The notes: a model not told the origin generated them from the sequence alone. DNA of 64,000 nt from an uncultured archaeon (GCA_963799775.1 CAWCYD010000003.1:992001-1056000), one strand, 5' to 3'; counted from the stretch's first letter, positions 39,611 through 50,868 are shown. Program-made: numbers and translations.

Positions 39611-40435
39611 TTGGTCCGGATCATCGACGCCCACGTCCATTCTTCTGACAAGCTCAGGGACGACAGGCTGAGGCCGTACGCCGAGCTCAACGGGTTGAGG
39701 TACGACCTGGCGGAGCTCCTCGACCTCATGGAGAGGAACGACGTCGAGAAGGGCCTCCTGCTCAGCCCCCCGATGGGGAGCGGGGCGCCCTTGCCCAACC
39801 CGCAGGTGGTGAAGCTCTGCGGGAAGAGCAGGGGCAGGCTGTCGCCTGTCTTCACGGTCGAGCCGGAGCAGAAGGCGGTGACTGAGGCCCTGAGGGAGGC
39901 GAGGCGCTCCGGCGAGGTGAAGGCCTTCAAGATATGGTTGGGCTATCGCAAGGTGTACGCGACCGACCCCGTCTTCGGTCCTCTCTACGACTACGCGGAG
40001 GAGAGAGGGCTTCCGGTCCTCTTCCACACGGGGGACACGGCGAGCAGCGACGGCAGCCTGGTCCACGCGCACCCCCTGACCCTTGACGAGCTGGCCAACG
40101 AGCGCGAGGACTTGAAGGTCGTCATATGCCATCTCGGGAACCCATGGATCCTGGACACCGCAGAGTTGCTCTACAAGCATAAGAGCGTCTACGCCGACAT
40201 CTCGGGGCTCGTCGTCGGCGGGGGCGGATACTCGAAGGAATACGTCGAGCTCCTCGCACAGAGGATCAGCGAGGCCGTCTTCTACGCCGGAGGGGCGGAC
40301 AAGTTCATCTTCGGGACCGACTATCCGGTCGAGACATACGCCAACGGCCTCAGTCTCGTCTCGAGGCTGAAGATCACTCCTGCGGACAAGGAGAAGATCC
40401 TCTGGCGGAACGCCGCGAAGGTCTACTCGCTGTGA
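39611..40435 (+). CDS. Amidohydrolase_2 family metallohydrolase
   Basis: IDAHVH, LFHTG, ICHLG, FGTDYP. Confidence 0.88.
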   Translation: MVRIIDAHVHSSDKLRDDRLRPYAELNGLRYDLAELLDLMERNDVEKGLLLSPPMGSGAPLPNPQVVKLCGKSRGRLSPVFTVEPEQKAVTEALREARRSGEVKAFKIWLGYRKVYATDPVFGPLYDYAEERGLPVLFHTGDTASSDGSLVHAHPLTLDELANEREDLKVVICHLGNPWILDTAELLYKHKSVYADISGLVVGGGGYSKEYVELLAQRISEAVFYAGGADKFIFGTDYPVETYANGLSLVSRLKITPADKEKILWRNAAKVYSL

Positions 40436-40941
40436 CGGACCAGCCAGTGGAGGTCTCGGACGTGCCAAGGGCCGAGAGGGCGAAGCTCTTCCCCATACTC
40501 GAACAGAGCTTCGAGGGCATCTACCTCTGGCACGCGCGGCGCACGCTCCGGAGCATAGAGACCGTGCGGGTGGCCAGGACCGCCGAAGGCGACGACGCAG
40601 GGCTGATAATGCTGAAGCAGGTAACGGAAGGGGCCGGGTACGTCTACTACGTGGCCGTCCACCCGAGGTTCAGGGGGATGGGCATAGGCGGGAGGCTCCT
40701 CGACGGGGCCCTGGAGGATTTCGCGAAGAGGGGATTCGAGGACGTCTACGCGAGCGTGGAGGAGGACAACCTAGGGTCGAAGAGGCTGTTCGAGTCTAGG
40801 GGGTTCGCGAGGCTGGAGGGATCTGAGATGTCCGAGAGGTACGGACGGCTGCGCTCTTTCGTCATGTATCGCGAGATGATGGTGGTCCGCGGCGAGGTGC
40901 TCCTGGGCAAGCGCCTGGGCGGCCCCAATAGGGAAGCCTAG
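40432..40941 (+). CDS. GNAT family N-acetyltransferase
   Basis: VAVHPRFRGMGIG, N..S..LFESRGF. Confidence 0.88.
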   Translation: MTDQPVEVSDVPRAERAKLFPILEQSFEGIYLWHARRTLRSIETVRVARTAEGDDAGLIMLKQVTEGAGYVYYVAVHPRFRGMGIGGRLLDGALEDFAKRGFEDVYASVEEDNLGSKRLFESRGFARLEGSEMSERYGRLRSFVMYREMMVVRGEVLLGKRLGGPNREA

Positions 40942-41974
40942 TCACCCGGCGCTCGCGGTCGCTTCCGGCTCGTCCGGCTTGTCCTGCTTCTTCCACATCT
41001 TGGGGTAGGTTCCTTGGTCCATGATCACGCGCCTGACGGGGAAGGCGATCCCCTTCGGGGATGCCTGGACCTCTTCCGTGGTCATCGAGGCCTCCGCGAT
41101 GCCTATGAGCTCTCCCTTGGCAGTGAGGAGGACGACGGTCTCGCCCTTCGCGATGCCCTGCGAGAGCGAGATCACGCCCGGGATGGCGAGCATCGCTCCG
41201 TGGCAGACCGCGTCCACCGCGGAGTCCTTGACGACAACCTTCTTGATCCCCTCGAGACAGGACTCGATGGGCCAGACCGCCTTGCGGAGCCTGGTCTCCA
41301 GCCCGTCCTTCTTCCACTCTTGCATCGCGATGTCAAGCTCGTGGAGCGTCACGATCCCCTTGTTCTCGTCGAGTGGACCGACCTCGGTCCTACGGAGCTC
41401 CACCATCGTGGCGCCGACGACGAGCACCTCGCCGATGTCGTAGAAGAGCTTCCTGATGTAGGTGCCTGCCTGGCAGACGCACCTGAGCAGGTAGAGGTTC
41501 CCCTTCTGCTCTATGACCTCGAGCTCGTAGATCCTGCGCGTCCTCGTCTCCCTCTTGACGGATGAACGTTTGCGGAGGTCGCTGGTAGATCTCGTCTGTG
41601 AACTCGGCCAGCACCCTGTCGACCTCCTCGCGGGGGACGGAAGAGTGCAGCCGCATTATCCCGACGTACTCCTTCGGGAAGAGGAGCAGGAGGCCAAGCG
41701 CCTTCGTCGCCCTCCCCAAGCCGATCGGGAGCATCCCTGAGACCCCGGGGTCGAGTGTGCCGCTGTGGCCTGCCTTGTCCACGCCGGTCAGCCGCCTCAC
41801 CCAGGAGACCTCCTCGTGGCTGGTGGGGCCTTGCGTCTTGTCCAGTGGGATCAGGCCGTAGTCGAGCAGCTTCTTGACCGGCCGCTTCGAAGGCTCCCAC
41901 CCGTAGTTCGGGTCGGTGGGCTCGTCGCTGATGGTGACCATCCTGCCGGTCACCTGGCCCTTCAGGACGCTCAA
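40942..41974 (-). CDS. cbf5: H/ACA pseudouridine synthase Cbf5 (frameshift near 41568)
   Basis: GPTSHE, GHSGTLDP, IYQRPP, ELRRT, PUA domain, YPKMW. Confidence 0.93.
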
Positions 41975-42585
41975 GCCGCTTTCTTCTTCTTTCTGCTTGC
42001 AGGCCTCTTGGGGGCTGGCTTCTTCTTGCCGGTGTGGTCGGGGAGCTGCTGGAAGACCGCGTCCGCAACCTTCTCCGCCGGGACGCCGTCGGTCCCGACT
42101 ATGATGTTGAAGGGCGAGAGGTCCATTCCCGAAGCGGATCCCGTAGAGCTTCTTGTAGAGGAGGTAGTTCTCAGTGTCCCTGGCCTCTATGACCTTCGTG
42201 CACTCCTCCGGCGAGGTAGAGTCGCGCTTCGCCATCCTCTCCGCCCGGCTCCTCTTAGTCCCCGAGAGCCAGACCTTCACGCCGTCCTTCGCGAGCCAGG
42301 GCAGCGTGTAACTCGTTATCACGACGTCGCCCTTCTCCGCCCTCTTGAGCAGCCTCTTGTCGACCTCCTTGTCGAACTCGGGGCCCCTGCGCGCTCTTCC
42401 ATGAACCTCATCCCCTCCTCTGTGTCCCACCAGTCGTCCCCCACGGCGTTGTACCCCTCCTCGAGGGCGATCTCCTTGAGTATGTCCCCGCCGCCGATGA
42501 CCTTCAGCTTCAGGCGAGAGGCTAGGAGCTTCGCTACAGTGGTCTTGCCTACCGCTGGCATCCCGCAGAGAATAATGGCCTTCAA
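41971..42585 (-). CDS. cmk: Cytidylate kinase (two apparent frameshifts)
   Basis: GMPAVGKTT, GGDILK, DKEVDKRL, RAERMAKRD; conserved position before cbf5. Confidence 0.85.
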
Positions 42586-42601
42586 GGTCTATGCAGTCGG
42601 G

Positions 42602-43093
42602 TCACATCGTCTGGGAGGTCCCTAGTAGCTTGGTCATGATCGTTGAGAATGAGAGCGATGAGAGGAAGTACCACCACAGGAGCACCATGCCCCCGGTAGG
42701 CGCCACTATGAACGGGATGGGTATCGGCGAGTAGGCGACGACCCCTGAGACGCATATCGATGGGAAGTGGCACCCGCTGACAAAGTCGCCCATGAGGTAG
42801 TAGACGATGATGAACGGCAGCCAGGTGACGAGCACGACCTTGAAACGTCCCGAGGAGGCCTTCAGGCGCATCTGGTCCATCTGCGGCTTCTTCTTCTTGA
42901 GCTTCTCCTCCTTGTCCTTGTCCTTGTCAGCTACGGCCGCCTTCAGCTCCTTGTCGAAGGCCGCGACCTCCGCCTTCATCCGCCTCTCCCTCTTCAAGTC
43001 GACCAGCAGCCTTGTCGCCATGTTCGACATGAAGCCCAGGAAGATGGCGGTGCACGTGATGATCAGGGTCGACTCTGGGATTCCGAGGCTCAG
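42602..43093 (-). CDS. EMC3/TMCO1 (DUF106, Oxa1 superfamily) membrane protein; start uncertain
   Basis: TM, coiled coil, TM, WWYFLSS; conserved position after adk. Confidence 0.85.
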   Translation of the reverse strand: MSLGIPESTLIITCTAIFLGFMSNMATRLLVDLKRERRMKAEVAAFDKELKAAVADKDKDKEEKLKKKKPQMDQMRLKASSGRFKVVLVTWLPFIIVYYLMGDFVSGCHFPSICVSGVVAYSPIPIPFIVAPTGGMVLLWWYFLSSLSFSTIMTKLLGTSQTM

Positions 43094-43663
43094 ACTCTGG
43101 CACCTCTTACGAGGGCGGCTATCTGGGCTGCGGCCTTATCTGACTTGCCCTCCTCGTTCTTGAGGAAGAGCATCGGCGCACCGCTCACCAGGGACGCCGT
43201 CGTGAGGAAGCTCCTCGCGAGGTCGAGCTCTTCGTTGACCTCCTCCTCCGTTATCTCGTCCCTGTACCTTGTGGTGTCGTTCTTCCTGCGCGCCACGATC
43301 TCCGCGGGCGAGGCCTCCACGAGGAGGAGGTGCGTCGGCTTCATCGGCTGGATCACTCTCAGGGGCAGCCCGGGCCAGAAGCCTTCGGGCGTCCGGATGA
43401 AGAGGTGGGTGTCGATGAAGACGACCTTGCCCTTGCCCCTGCTGATCCTCGAAGCCGCAGCCTCTTGGAGCTTCTTCTGCTTCTCGACTGGGAGCTTGCG
43501 CATCTCGTCCCTGTGCTTGACCCACTTCAGCCTGAGCGCCTCCTCGAACATCGCCGTGCCGAAGACCTGGACCGTGGAGCCCTTTACCGCGGCCTGGGCC
43601 TTCGCCACGACGGTGCTCTTCCCCACTCCGGGGGACCCCCACTATGACTATGCGTAGACCCAC
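43090..43663 (-). CDS. adkA: Archaeal adenylate kinase (frameshift near 43635)
   Basis: IVIVGVP/GVGKST, DTH, GFWPGLP, RRKNDTTRYRD. Confidence 0.92.
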
Positions 43664-43681
43664 TCTGTCCTCATGCCCTCC

Positions 43682-45103
43682 TTAGGCCTGTCCCAGGACT
43701 CCAGCGAGCCTCGGGGAGAACTCCTCAAGCTGCTCCTTGACGAGCATCTGGTAGTATTGAAGCACGATATCGACGCCGAGCAACAGGCCAATGCCGGTCC
43801 CGAAGACGCCGAAGACATCCGAGATGGCTGCTACCAAGCCGATGATTATCCCGCCTATGACCGTGATCGGGGGGATGTACCTGTTGAGGGACCTGCTCGA
43901 TGGAGAGGCCGGCCCTCCTGAAGCCTGGGGACCTGCACGTCCGCGTTCATCAGGTTCTTCGCGACGCTCCTCGAGGAGAGCCCGCCTATCTCCACCCAGA
44001 TCCTGGCGAACATGACCGCTAGGACCATGAGGAACACGCAGTAGATGACGGCGTGGAGCGGGTCGCCGGCGGTCTGTTGGATCCCGTTCGGGGGCGTGAT
44101 GTAGTAGACGAGCCCTCCCGTGGGGTTGAAGTTCGTGTCGTACTTTACGAGGTAGTGCATCCACGAGGGAGGATGGCTACCCACGTAGTTCGAGAGGATG
44201 CGCGTGAAGAAGGAGATGTTGGCCGTGAGCGCGGAGACGAGGATGACGGGGATGTTGGAGACGTAGAGGAGCTTGATCGGGTAGACGCCCTGGAAGCCCC
44301 TGTACTTCACCGACGTGATGGTGGCACTCGACCCTTATCCCCTCTATGTAGGTGATGAACAGTATCACCGCGACCGTCATGACGAAGGTGAACATGCTCG
44401 GGAACTGGTTCGCTCTGATGAAGACAGAGGCCACCCCTCCGCCTCCGGGGAAGAGCGACCCGAGCAAGGCAGGGATGAAGCCGTAGACGACCGCGGGGGC
44501 GCCCTGAGTCGCGGTTACCGGGAACGGCGAGAAAGTGTCCCACCAGAGCGTCTGGGCGACCCCTCCGAGGATGAAGAGACTGATGCCGCTCCCTATCCCC
44601 CACCCCTTTTGGATCAGCTCGTCGAGCAAGAGGATTATGACGCTCGCTCCGAACAGCTGGAAGAAGATGATGATGGCCTGGCTGGACGCGAGAGTGCCCA
44701 ACGCCCCGCCGAGGATGTACGCGCCCGCCTCGATGGCGATCACTAGGAATGTGAGGAGCTTCGTCGCCGTCCCGAAGAGCGCCCTGTCCTCCGTCTCCCC
44801 GAGGTCCAGCTTCAGTATGTCGCTGCCTTGGAGTAGCTGCAGGATGAGGCCGGCCGTGACTATGGGGCCGATGCCCAGCTCGGTGAGCGTCCCTTGGGAA
44901 GATGCGAATATGATCCTGAGATAGGCGAACTGGTCCGCCTCGTTTCCAAAGTGGAAGAGGGGCGTGATGCCCATCAGCATGTAGATGACGAGGGCGCCGC
45001 CCGTCCAGATGAACTTCTCAGTGAGGCTAGGTTTTCTTATTGGTTTCGGGATCTCAGGGAGAATCGTCGCGACGCTCTTGACAAAATTGCGCATCGAGGC
45101 CAA
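43682..45103 (-). CDS. secY: Preprotein translocase SecY (apparent frameshifts)
   Basis: LTELGIGPIVTAG, KGWGIGSGISLFI, YPIKLLYVSNIP, GTGIGLLL. Confidence 0.95.
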
Positions 45104-45124
45104 GGCTAGTCGCGGACTCCTCTC

Positions 45125-45550
45125 TCACTCTGTAAGGATCCTACCACCAGCTTCCTCAAGCTTCTTCTTGGCTCTCTCGGTGTACGACGAGACCTTCACG
45201 CTGAACGCCCTCGTGACCCGGCCTCCTCCGAGAAGCTTCTCGACGCCCTTTGATGCGAGGTCGATGGAAATCGGCGCGTCCTTTGAGCCCTTGGCGGCTC
45301 CGACAGCGAAGGAGTCTAGGTCGCCGACATTGGCCCACCTTGACGCCTGGCGGTAGTAGCTCGGGGGCCTGAACGGGTCGCGCCCGAAGTGGTTTGGGTC
45401 GTTGATGATGAGCCACGACCACTTGTGCTTGTGGAGCCCCGCGTTCCCGTGGCCGCCCTGCTTGCCAGAGTGCCGGTGCTGGCCGACCTGGCCGTAACCG
45501 TGGGTCCTGGAGCCCCTCTGCTTCCTTACCTTCCTGAGCCTGGTCGGCAT
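45125..45550 (-). CDS. rpl15: 50S ribosomal protein uL15
   Basis: RGSRTHGYG, GGHGNAG.HKH. Confidence 0.95.
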   Translation of the reverse strand: MPTRLRKVRKQRGSRTHGYGQVGQHRHSGKQGGHGNAGLHKHKWSWLIINDPNHFGRDPFRPPSYYRQASRWANVGDLDSFAVGAAKGSKDAPISIDLASKGVEKLLGGGRVTRAFSVKVSSYTERAKKKLEEAGGRILTE

Positions 45551-45551
45551 C

Positions 45552-46022
45552 TCAGATCATCCTCCTCACGATGTCTGGGAGTCGCGGGTTCTCACCGAGT
45601 ATCCCTCCCTGCTTGAACTGTCTCCGCGATGAGCGCTTGAACCCGCCCTTGGGCGGCGAGAGGCCGAAGAATGGCTTCATCCCCCTTACAGCCGAGAGCG
45701 TGTCCGTCTCCTTCCCGCTCATTATGGCCTTCGCCAACTCGGCGTGGGTCTTGAAACCCATGGCTTTCAATGCTTCATCGTCCAGCGGCCTGGAGTTGCT
45801 AACCTTTCCCTTTGACTTTAGGATCGCCGTGAGGAGCTCCTCGTCGATAGGGGACCACGCCACGTAGTCCTTGCAGAGGTGGACCGAGCCCTTGGAGACG
45901 GGGTCGTCGCCCACCACGACGGCAGAGAAACGCTTCCCGAGCCCGAGCTGGACGAGCGTCTCCCTCGTCGCGTGGGGGACGTTGATCTGACCGTGCAAGT
46001 TGACGACGAGTAGTTTACCCAT
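45552..46022 (-). CDS. rpl30: 50S ribosomal protein uL30
   Basis: KPFFGLSPPKGGFKR; position in spc cluster. Confidence 0.92.
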   Translation of the reverse strand: MGKLLVVNLHGQINVPHATRETLVQLGLGKRFSAVVVGDDPVSKGSVHLCKDYVAWSPIDEELLTAILKSKGKVSNSRPLDDEALKAMGFKTHAELAKAIMSGKETDTLSAVRGMKPFFGLSPPKGGFKRSSRRQFKQGGILGENPRLPDIVRRMI

Positions 46023-46036
46023 TTTTCCACCAGCTC

Positions 46037-46673
46037 CTATACGTTGAGTCCGTGCGACTTTGAGAACGCGTCATAGACGGCGTTCGCCAGTGAGGAGAGA
46101 GTGTTGGTGGAGCCGAAGGCCCTCACCCAGACGTCCTTCACACCGGCAAGCGCCAAGAGGTTGGTCAGCGCGGGGCCCTGCTACCCTGCCCAGAGAGCGG
46201 GGCCCTGGGAGGAGCTCGACCCTCACGCTCCCCGCCTTGCCCGTGATCCTGTAGGGGACAGAGTGCATGGTCCCGCACTTGCACTCCCAGCTGCCGCAGC
46301 CGAGCTTGACCGGTATGATGTTGAGCAGCGCGTCGTTGGTCGCTTTGTCTATGGCCGATTTCATCTGGGCGGCCTTGCCCTTCCCGACCCCGAACCAGCC
46401 GCTCCCGTTCCCCACGGCGACAACGGCGCCGAACCTTGTGAGCTCGCCGGCGTCGGTCTGCTTCTGGACTATGCCCACGCTCACGACCTCCGAGTTGAGG
46501 TCGGGGACGAGCTTCTTGACCATCTCAGGCTCGCGTATCTTCCAACCCTGCTGGAATATCTCCTCGAGAGAGGTGATCTTCCCCTCCGCGACCATGGTGC
46601 CCAGCTTCGTGCGCGGCACCCAGGGGATCTGCTTCTCTTCTTCTCTGCGCCTGTAACCTCGACCTTGAGACAT
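46037..46673 (-). CDS. rps5: 30S ribosomal protein uS5 (frameshift near 46172)
   Basis: WVPRTKLG, QTDAGE, GCGSWEC. Confidence 0.95.
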
Positions 46674-46683
46674 TTCTATCTGA

Positions 46684-47277
46684 TCACTTGGCTCCCTTCA
46701 ATATCACTTGCTTCAGAGCTGTGGTGTTCTCGGCGTACTCCTCCGGCTTGAAGCCTGCCTTTAGCATCCCCGAGAAGACCTTCGAGTACTTCTCCTTGTT
46801 CTCCGCGAGGAGGGACTTTGCGTACTCGGCCGTGGCCTTGCCGCTGAGCCTCTCCTGCGAGGGTGCGACGTCCTCCGCCATGGGGACGTCCACTCCGGCG
46901 TCCTGGACCCCCTTTACGAGCGCAGAGATCCTAGAGCCGTTCACGAACTGGGAGAGGCCGTTGTAGAGGTGGGCCTTCTCGATGCCCTTCTCCTTCGCGC
47001 GCTTGCCCGCGAGGAGGCCTAGTAGATAGCACGCGGGGACGGACTTGCTCGAGCCCTTCCAGCCCAGCTTCATCAGGTTCCTGGAGTGCGCGGATGAGAC
47101 CACCTTGTCCCCCTCCACCTTCGGCTCGATGAACTGCGCCGAGACGTTCTTCGTCGATATCCTCACCGCCAAGAGCGGGGAGTCTGACGTGATTATCTTC
47201 CTTCGGGCGTGGTAGTTGGTCGCCCCTATCCTTCGTCGCCGATAGATTGGGACGTACTTCTTCTTGGTGCTTACCAT
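46684..47277 (-). CDS. rpl18: 50S ribosomal protein uL18
   Basis: RRRRIGATNYHAR, ACYLLGLLAG. Confidence 0.93.
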   Translation of the reverse strand: MVSTKKKYVPIYRRRRIGATNYHARRKIITSDSPLLAVRISTKNVSAQFIEPKVEGDKVVSSAHSRNLMKLGWKGSSKSVPACYLLGLLAGKRAKEKGIEKAHLYNGLSQFVNGSRISALVKGVQDAGVDVPMAEDVAPSQERLSGKATAEYAKSLLAENKEKYSKVFSGMLKAGFKPEEYAENTTALKQVILKGAK

Positions 47278-47291
47278 CTTCGATATCTCTC

Positions 47292-47723
47292 CTACTTCTT
47301 CGACTCCTTGACCATCTCTAGGAGCCTCTTGACGTCTCTGACCTGCCCGCCCTTGATCTGCCTGTAGAGCTTCTTGTAGTTCTCTTGGGTGACCTCGTTC
47401 CTCTCCCGCGCGACTTTCAGCCTCCACCTGAGGGCGCGGACCTTGTGGACCCACGCCGCCTTCTTCGGGCTGCGCGAGGTCTTCTTGCCCTTCAGCGAGC
47501 CCTGGTGCCTTATCTTGCCCTTCGCGCGCCTCGTGCGGAGCCTGCCCCTGGAGACGCCCTTCTCCGGCGCGACCTTGATCGCCCCCAGCCCGACGAGACC
47601 TCGGATGGTGCTCCTCGTGATCGCATCCTGGACGAAGTCCTCTGACCCTGGGTCGAACCTGATGCGGTCCCCGCCAACGCCGAGGACGTCCGCAGCCAGG
47701 CGGCGCTTATTTCTTAGATTCAA
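47292..47723 (-). CDS. rpl19e: 50S ribosomal protein L19e
   Basis: KRRLAADVLGVG, GVSRGR, LYRQIKGG. Confidence 0.95.
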   Translation of the reverse strand: MNLRNKRRLAADVLGVGGDRIRFDPGSEDFVQDAITRSTIRGLVGLGAIKVAPEKGVSRGRLRTRRAKGKIRHQGSLKGKKTSRSPKKAAWVHKVRALRWRLKVARERNEVTQENYKKLYRQIKGGQVRDVKRLLEMVKESKK

Positions 47724-48162
47724 TTGTCCTCAACCTCGTCGGATTCAAGACTCGCAGCCCCAGCTCGGTGGCCCGCCTGAGTATCTCGGCCCTCTTCCTG
47801 GCCCCCACTCGCCTTCCTATCCGGACGGCGTCCTTCTCCGGGATCAGTCCCTCGAGCTGGGCAGGGTTGTGCACGAGGACGTCGACGTGGCCGCTGGGGT
47901 GGTAGTCGCGCGCCTTGACCGGGCCACGGTAGCCCACCTTCACCCTCTTCGGGTAGCCCTTGAACGACTTGCGAATCTTGTTATCGAGACCTTTCGGCTT
48001 TCGCCATTCGGGATGGATCCGGACGTATCTCCAGCTCTCTGGGCGGAGGAACCTGGGCCTATGCTCCGCTATGCTCCTCCTCAACTTTAGGAGCTCGATG
48101 AGCTCTTTTCGCTCCGAATCCGCCTTTACGCCCTCTTTCTCTTTTTGCTTTGCTTTCGACAT
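47707..48162 (-). CDS. rpl32e: 50S ribosomal protein L32e
   Basis: WRKPKGLDNK, HPSG. Confidence 0.95.
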   Translation of the reverse strand: MSKAKQKEKEGVKADSERKELIELLKLRRSIAEHRPRFLRPESWRYVRIHPEWRKPKGLDNKIRKSFKGYPKRVKVGYRGPVKARDYHPSGHVDVLVHNPAQLEGLIPEKDAVRIGRRVGARKRAEILRRATELGLRVLNPTRLRTIESKK

Positions 48163-48164
48163 GC

Positions 48165-48728
48165 TCAGTTCCTCTTCTTCTCGTATACGTAGACCCCGTC
48201 CAGGAAAATGCGCTGGTCCTTGCGCTTGATCTTCGTCGCCTGCTCGACGTTGGCGGCGGTCTGTCCTATCTGCTCCAGGGAGGTCCCCTTTATTATTATG
48301 TCATCGCCTTCGGTCGTCACCTTACAGCCCGCGAGTATCTTCGCGACCCTCGGCGACCTCTCCCCCATGAAGTTCTCCACCAAGACGGTGTCGTCCTTGA
48401 TCTTGACGGTGACAGGGAAGTGGGCGAAGACCACCTTCATCCTGTACTCGTACCCCTTTGTCACCCCGTGGGCTAGGGCTCTCACGATCGAGGAGACCGT
48501 GTTGGCCGAGATCCTGTCCTTCTTCTTCATTGTGAAGGGCGTTATCTTGACGTTGGCGCCTTGGACCTCGATGTCCACGGGGATCCTCTGGAAGACCTTG
48601 GTCGCCGTGCCGTTGGGCCCCTTCACCACGAGCGACCTGCCGTCGACCTTGGCGCTGACCCCCTGCGGCAGCTCGACAGTCTTCGCGCCGTCCCCCTTTT
48701 GGACGGACTTGCTGGGGCTAGTAGACAT
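48165..48728 (-). CDS. rpl6: 50S ribosomal protein uL6
   Basis: AHFP, NFMGE, DQRIFLDGVYV. Confidence 0.95.
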   Translation of the reverse strand: MSTSPSKSVQKGDGAKTVELPQGVSAKVDGRSLVVKGPNGTATKVFQRIPVDIEVQGANVKITPFTMKKKDRISANTVSSIVRALAHGVTKGYEYRMKVVFAHFPVTVKIKDDTVLVENFMGERSPRVAKILAGCKVTTEGDDIIIKGTSLEQIGQTAANVEQATKIKRKDQRIFLDGVYVYEKKRN

Positions 48729-49110
48729 ATCCTAGGAGCCTCCCGCCCAAGTTCTGCTCCTGGGCCTCGGTCTGCGTAAGAATCCCCTTGGATGTGGAGA
48801 CGACAAGCATCCCGACGCCCACCGCCGGCAGATACCGCGACTCCCACTTTTGGAACTCCTTCGCCTTGATCGGGAAACGAGGCGAGACCGCGCCGCACTT
48901 GTTTATCCTGCCGAGGAGCTGGACGCGGAGCTTCCCTGTCACGCCGTCGTCTATGAACTCGAACTCGCCGATGTACCTCCTCTTCTGGAGCACCCTCATA
49001 ACCTCCTTCGCGAGGTTCGACGCCGGGATGATGACGCACTCCTTCTTGTGCCTCATCTCGGAGTTCTGGAGGGAGATGAACAGGTTCGCGAGGATGTTGG
49101 TCACTGGCAT
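48718..49110 (-). CDS. rps8: 30S ribosomal protein uS8
   Basis: YIGEFEFIDDG, GRINKCG, GGRLLGYVY. Confidence 0.96.
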   Translation of the reverse strand: MPVTNILANLFISLQNSEMRHKKECVIIPASNLAKEVMRVLQKRRYIGEFEFIDDGVTGKLRVQLLGRINKCGAVSPRFPIKAKEFQKWESRYLPAVGVGMLVVSTSKGILTQTEAQEQNLGGRLLGYVY

Positions 49111-49124
49111 TCTCTCTCTATCTC

Positions 49125-49286
49125 CTAGTCGTACTTCCTGAAACCGAGCTTCTCAGCGACTTCTCTAAAACACTGCCGGCAGAGGAAGAGGTCGTAGCTT
49201 CTGATCACTGCCCCGTACTGCCCGCACCTGCGGCAGTAGCGCGTGGACTTGCCGTACTTGCGGGGCTTTGGATGTCTTTCCTTCAC
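49125..49286 (-). CDS. rps14: 30S ribosomal protein uS14 (not in ORF track)
   Basis: Manual translation [22 protein letters not shown]...[19 protein letters not shown]. Confidence 0.95.
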   Translation of the reverse strand: MKERHPKPRKYGKSTRYCRRCGQYGAVIRSYDLFLCRQCFREVAEKLGFRKYD

Positions 49287-49825
49287 TCTATGGCGACCTC
49301 GAATTCGCGCTTGAAGTACTCCATTGCCTCCTCCTTGCTCACGACGTGACCCTTGCCCAGGCTAGCGGTCCTCCGGAGCCGCCTGGAGACCCTGTATCCG
49401 GGACGCTCGAGCAGGACGGAGACGTTCATCCCCCAGATGCCGATCTCCGGGTCGTAGCGTATCCCCGGGATCTCGATGTGCTCCTTGAGCCCGAAGGAGA
49501 CGCTGCCCCTGTCGTCGAAGCTGGAGGATTTCAGCTTCTTCTCCCTTGCGACTAGCAGCCGGCCGATGAGCTCCTTGCAGCGCTCCTGGCCCCTCGTCGT
49601 CACGACGAGCCCTATGGGCTCGCCCTGGTGCGTGCCAAAGTCCCTGATGGACTTCTTCGCCTTGCGCTGGCTGGGCTTTTGCGAGGTTATCTGCTCTAGA
49701 ACCTTCCTCGCCCTCTCCACTGCCTCTCCAGACTTGCCGACCCCTATGTTGATCACGACCTTCCCGATGGAGATCTTCCGCATGTCCCCGCCGTTCCCTT
49801 CGCGGGTCTGTGGGCTGGCCATCAA
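49283..49825 (-). CDS. rpl5: 50S ribosomal protein uL5
   Basis: [23 protein letters not shown]. Confidence 0.96.
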   Translation of the reverse strand: MMASPQTREGNGGDMRKISIGKVVINIGVGKSGEAVERARKVLEQITSQKPSQRKAKKSIRDFGTHQGEPIGLVVTTRGQERCKELIGRLLVAREKKLKSSSFDDRGSVSFGLKEHIEIPGIRYDPEIGIWGMNVSVLLERPGYRVSRRLRRTASLGKGHVVSKEEAMEYFKREFEVAIE

Positions 49826-50547
49826 CTCTTGACCTGGACCTCTATCGCCGGCTTGTCAGTCCCGACCGCGAAGACGAGCCTCTCAGGCAGCTCCGTCTCT
49901 CCGGACGGGAGCGAGAGCTCGACCATCTTCTCTCGCGTGCTCGTCCCCTTCTTGACGTTGATTATCCTGCCGACCTGCCCGGCCCTCTCGCCCGAGACGA
50001 CCAGGCCCATTGCCCCCTTTGCGAGCTTGACGCTCTCGACCACGTCCTGCGCCGGGGCCCTGAGCAAGACAGAGTCGCCGCAGGTGGCGGCGAGCTTGTC
50101 GTCGAGCATCGAACGACCGTCGTGGAAGCCGAACTGGATGTGCCCTCCGGTGACCCTGACCTTTGACCTGACTCTGCAGAGCTTCACGCCTGCCTCCGTG
50201 GAGACGATGTCGGTGGCGACCAGGCCGTCGGGTGACGGGACGAGCCTGAAGGACTTGTTCTCCGCGGGTATGCTAACGACGTCGAATAGGCCTACCGGGA
50301 AGCCCGGGTCGCGCCTGGGCACCCCGTCGACGAGCACGTCCCCTCTTGTGAGGACCTGTGTGACCTCCTTCTGCGTCTCGACCATCCCTAGGAGGTCTCT
50401 GAGCACGACAGCGAGGGAGTATGACCGATCGATGGGGTGTGTACCGGGGCTCGGTTTCGTGACGAAGCGCGCTGCCTTGCGCGCGATGTCCCAGGACTTG
50501 GGGGCCGAGATCCGCTTCATTCCCCTGCTCCCGCCCTTCTTGCCCAT
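49822..50547 (-). CDS. rps4e: 30S ribosomal protein S4e
   Basis: KRISAPKSW, PSPGTH, FPVGLFDV. Confidence 0.95.
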   Translation of the reverse strand: MGKKGGSRGMKRISAPKSWDIARKAARFVTKPSPGTHPIDRSYSLAVVLRDLLGMVETQKEVTQVLTRGDVLVDGVPRRDPGFPVGLFDVVSIPAENKSFRLVPSPDGLVATDIVSTEAGVKLCRVRSKVRVTGGHIQFGFHDGRSMLDDKLAATCGDSVLLRAPAQDVVESVKLAKGAMGLVVSGERAGQVGRIINVKKGTSTREKMVELSLPSGETELPERLVFAVGTDKPAIEVQVKS

Positions 50548-50550
50548 TCC

Positions 50551-50868
50551 CTAGCTCGCCTCCTCCGCGGAGTTCCCGCGCCGCTCTATCCGAGACCTCC
50601 TCACCTTGTCTTCCAGGTTGAGGCTGGTGACGATGACCTTCGAAGAGTCGACGGGGAAGGGGCTCGTCTTGCCGCCGGCGATCTTCTCGCGCGTGACGCC
50701 CTCCACGAAGAGCTTGCCCAGCCTCGTGTCGACTCCCGTGACCTTCCCCTCTATGCCCTTGAACCCGCCGCGGACTATCCTGACCCCGTCGCCCTTGACT
50801 GGTCTGACGCTCTTGACCGAGTGCTTCTCTTTCAGCTCCTTCGAAAGGGACGCGCCGAATTTCTTCAT
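50551..50868 (-). CDS. rpl24: 50S ribosomal protein uL24
   Basis: LSKELKEK, GDGVRIVRGGFKG KOW motif. Confidence 0.92.
   Translation of the reverse strand: MKKFGASLSKELKEKHSVKSVRPVKGDGVRIVRGGFKGIEGKVTGVDTRLGKLFVEGVTREKIAGGKTSPFPVDSSKVIVTSLNLEDKVRRSRIERRGNSAEEAS

Noticed and set aside
39242-40468. Long antisense ORFs (also 28500-29528, 15317-16375, 23556 upstream extension of glmS)
   Set aside because: Shadow ORFs expected at high GC; no recognisable motifs; overlap confident genes
41390-42430. Apparent Cmk-Cbf5 fusion ORF
   Set aside because: Artefact of cmk frameshifts; the cmk stop (41971-41973) overlaps the cbf5 TTG start
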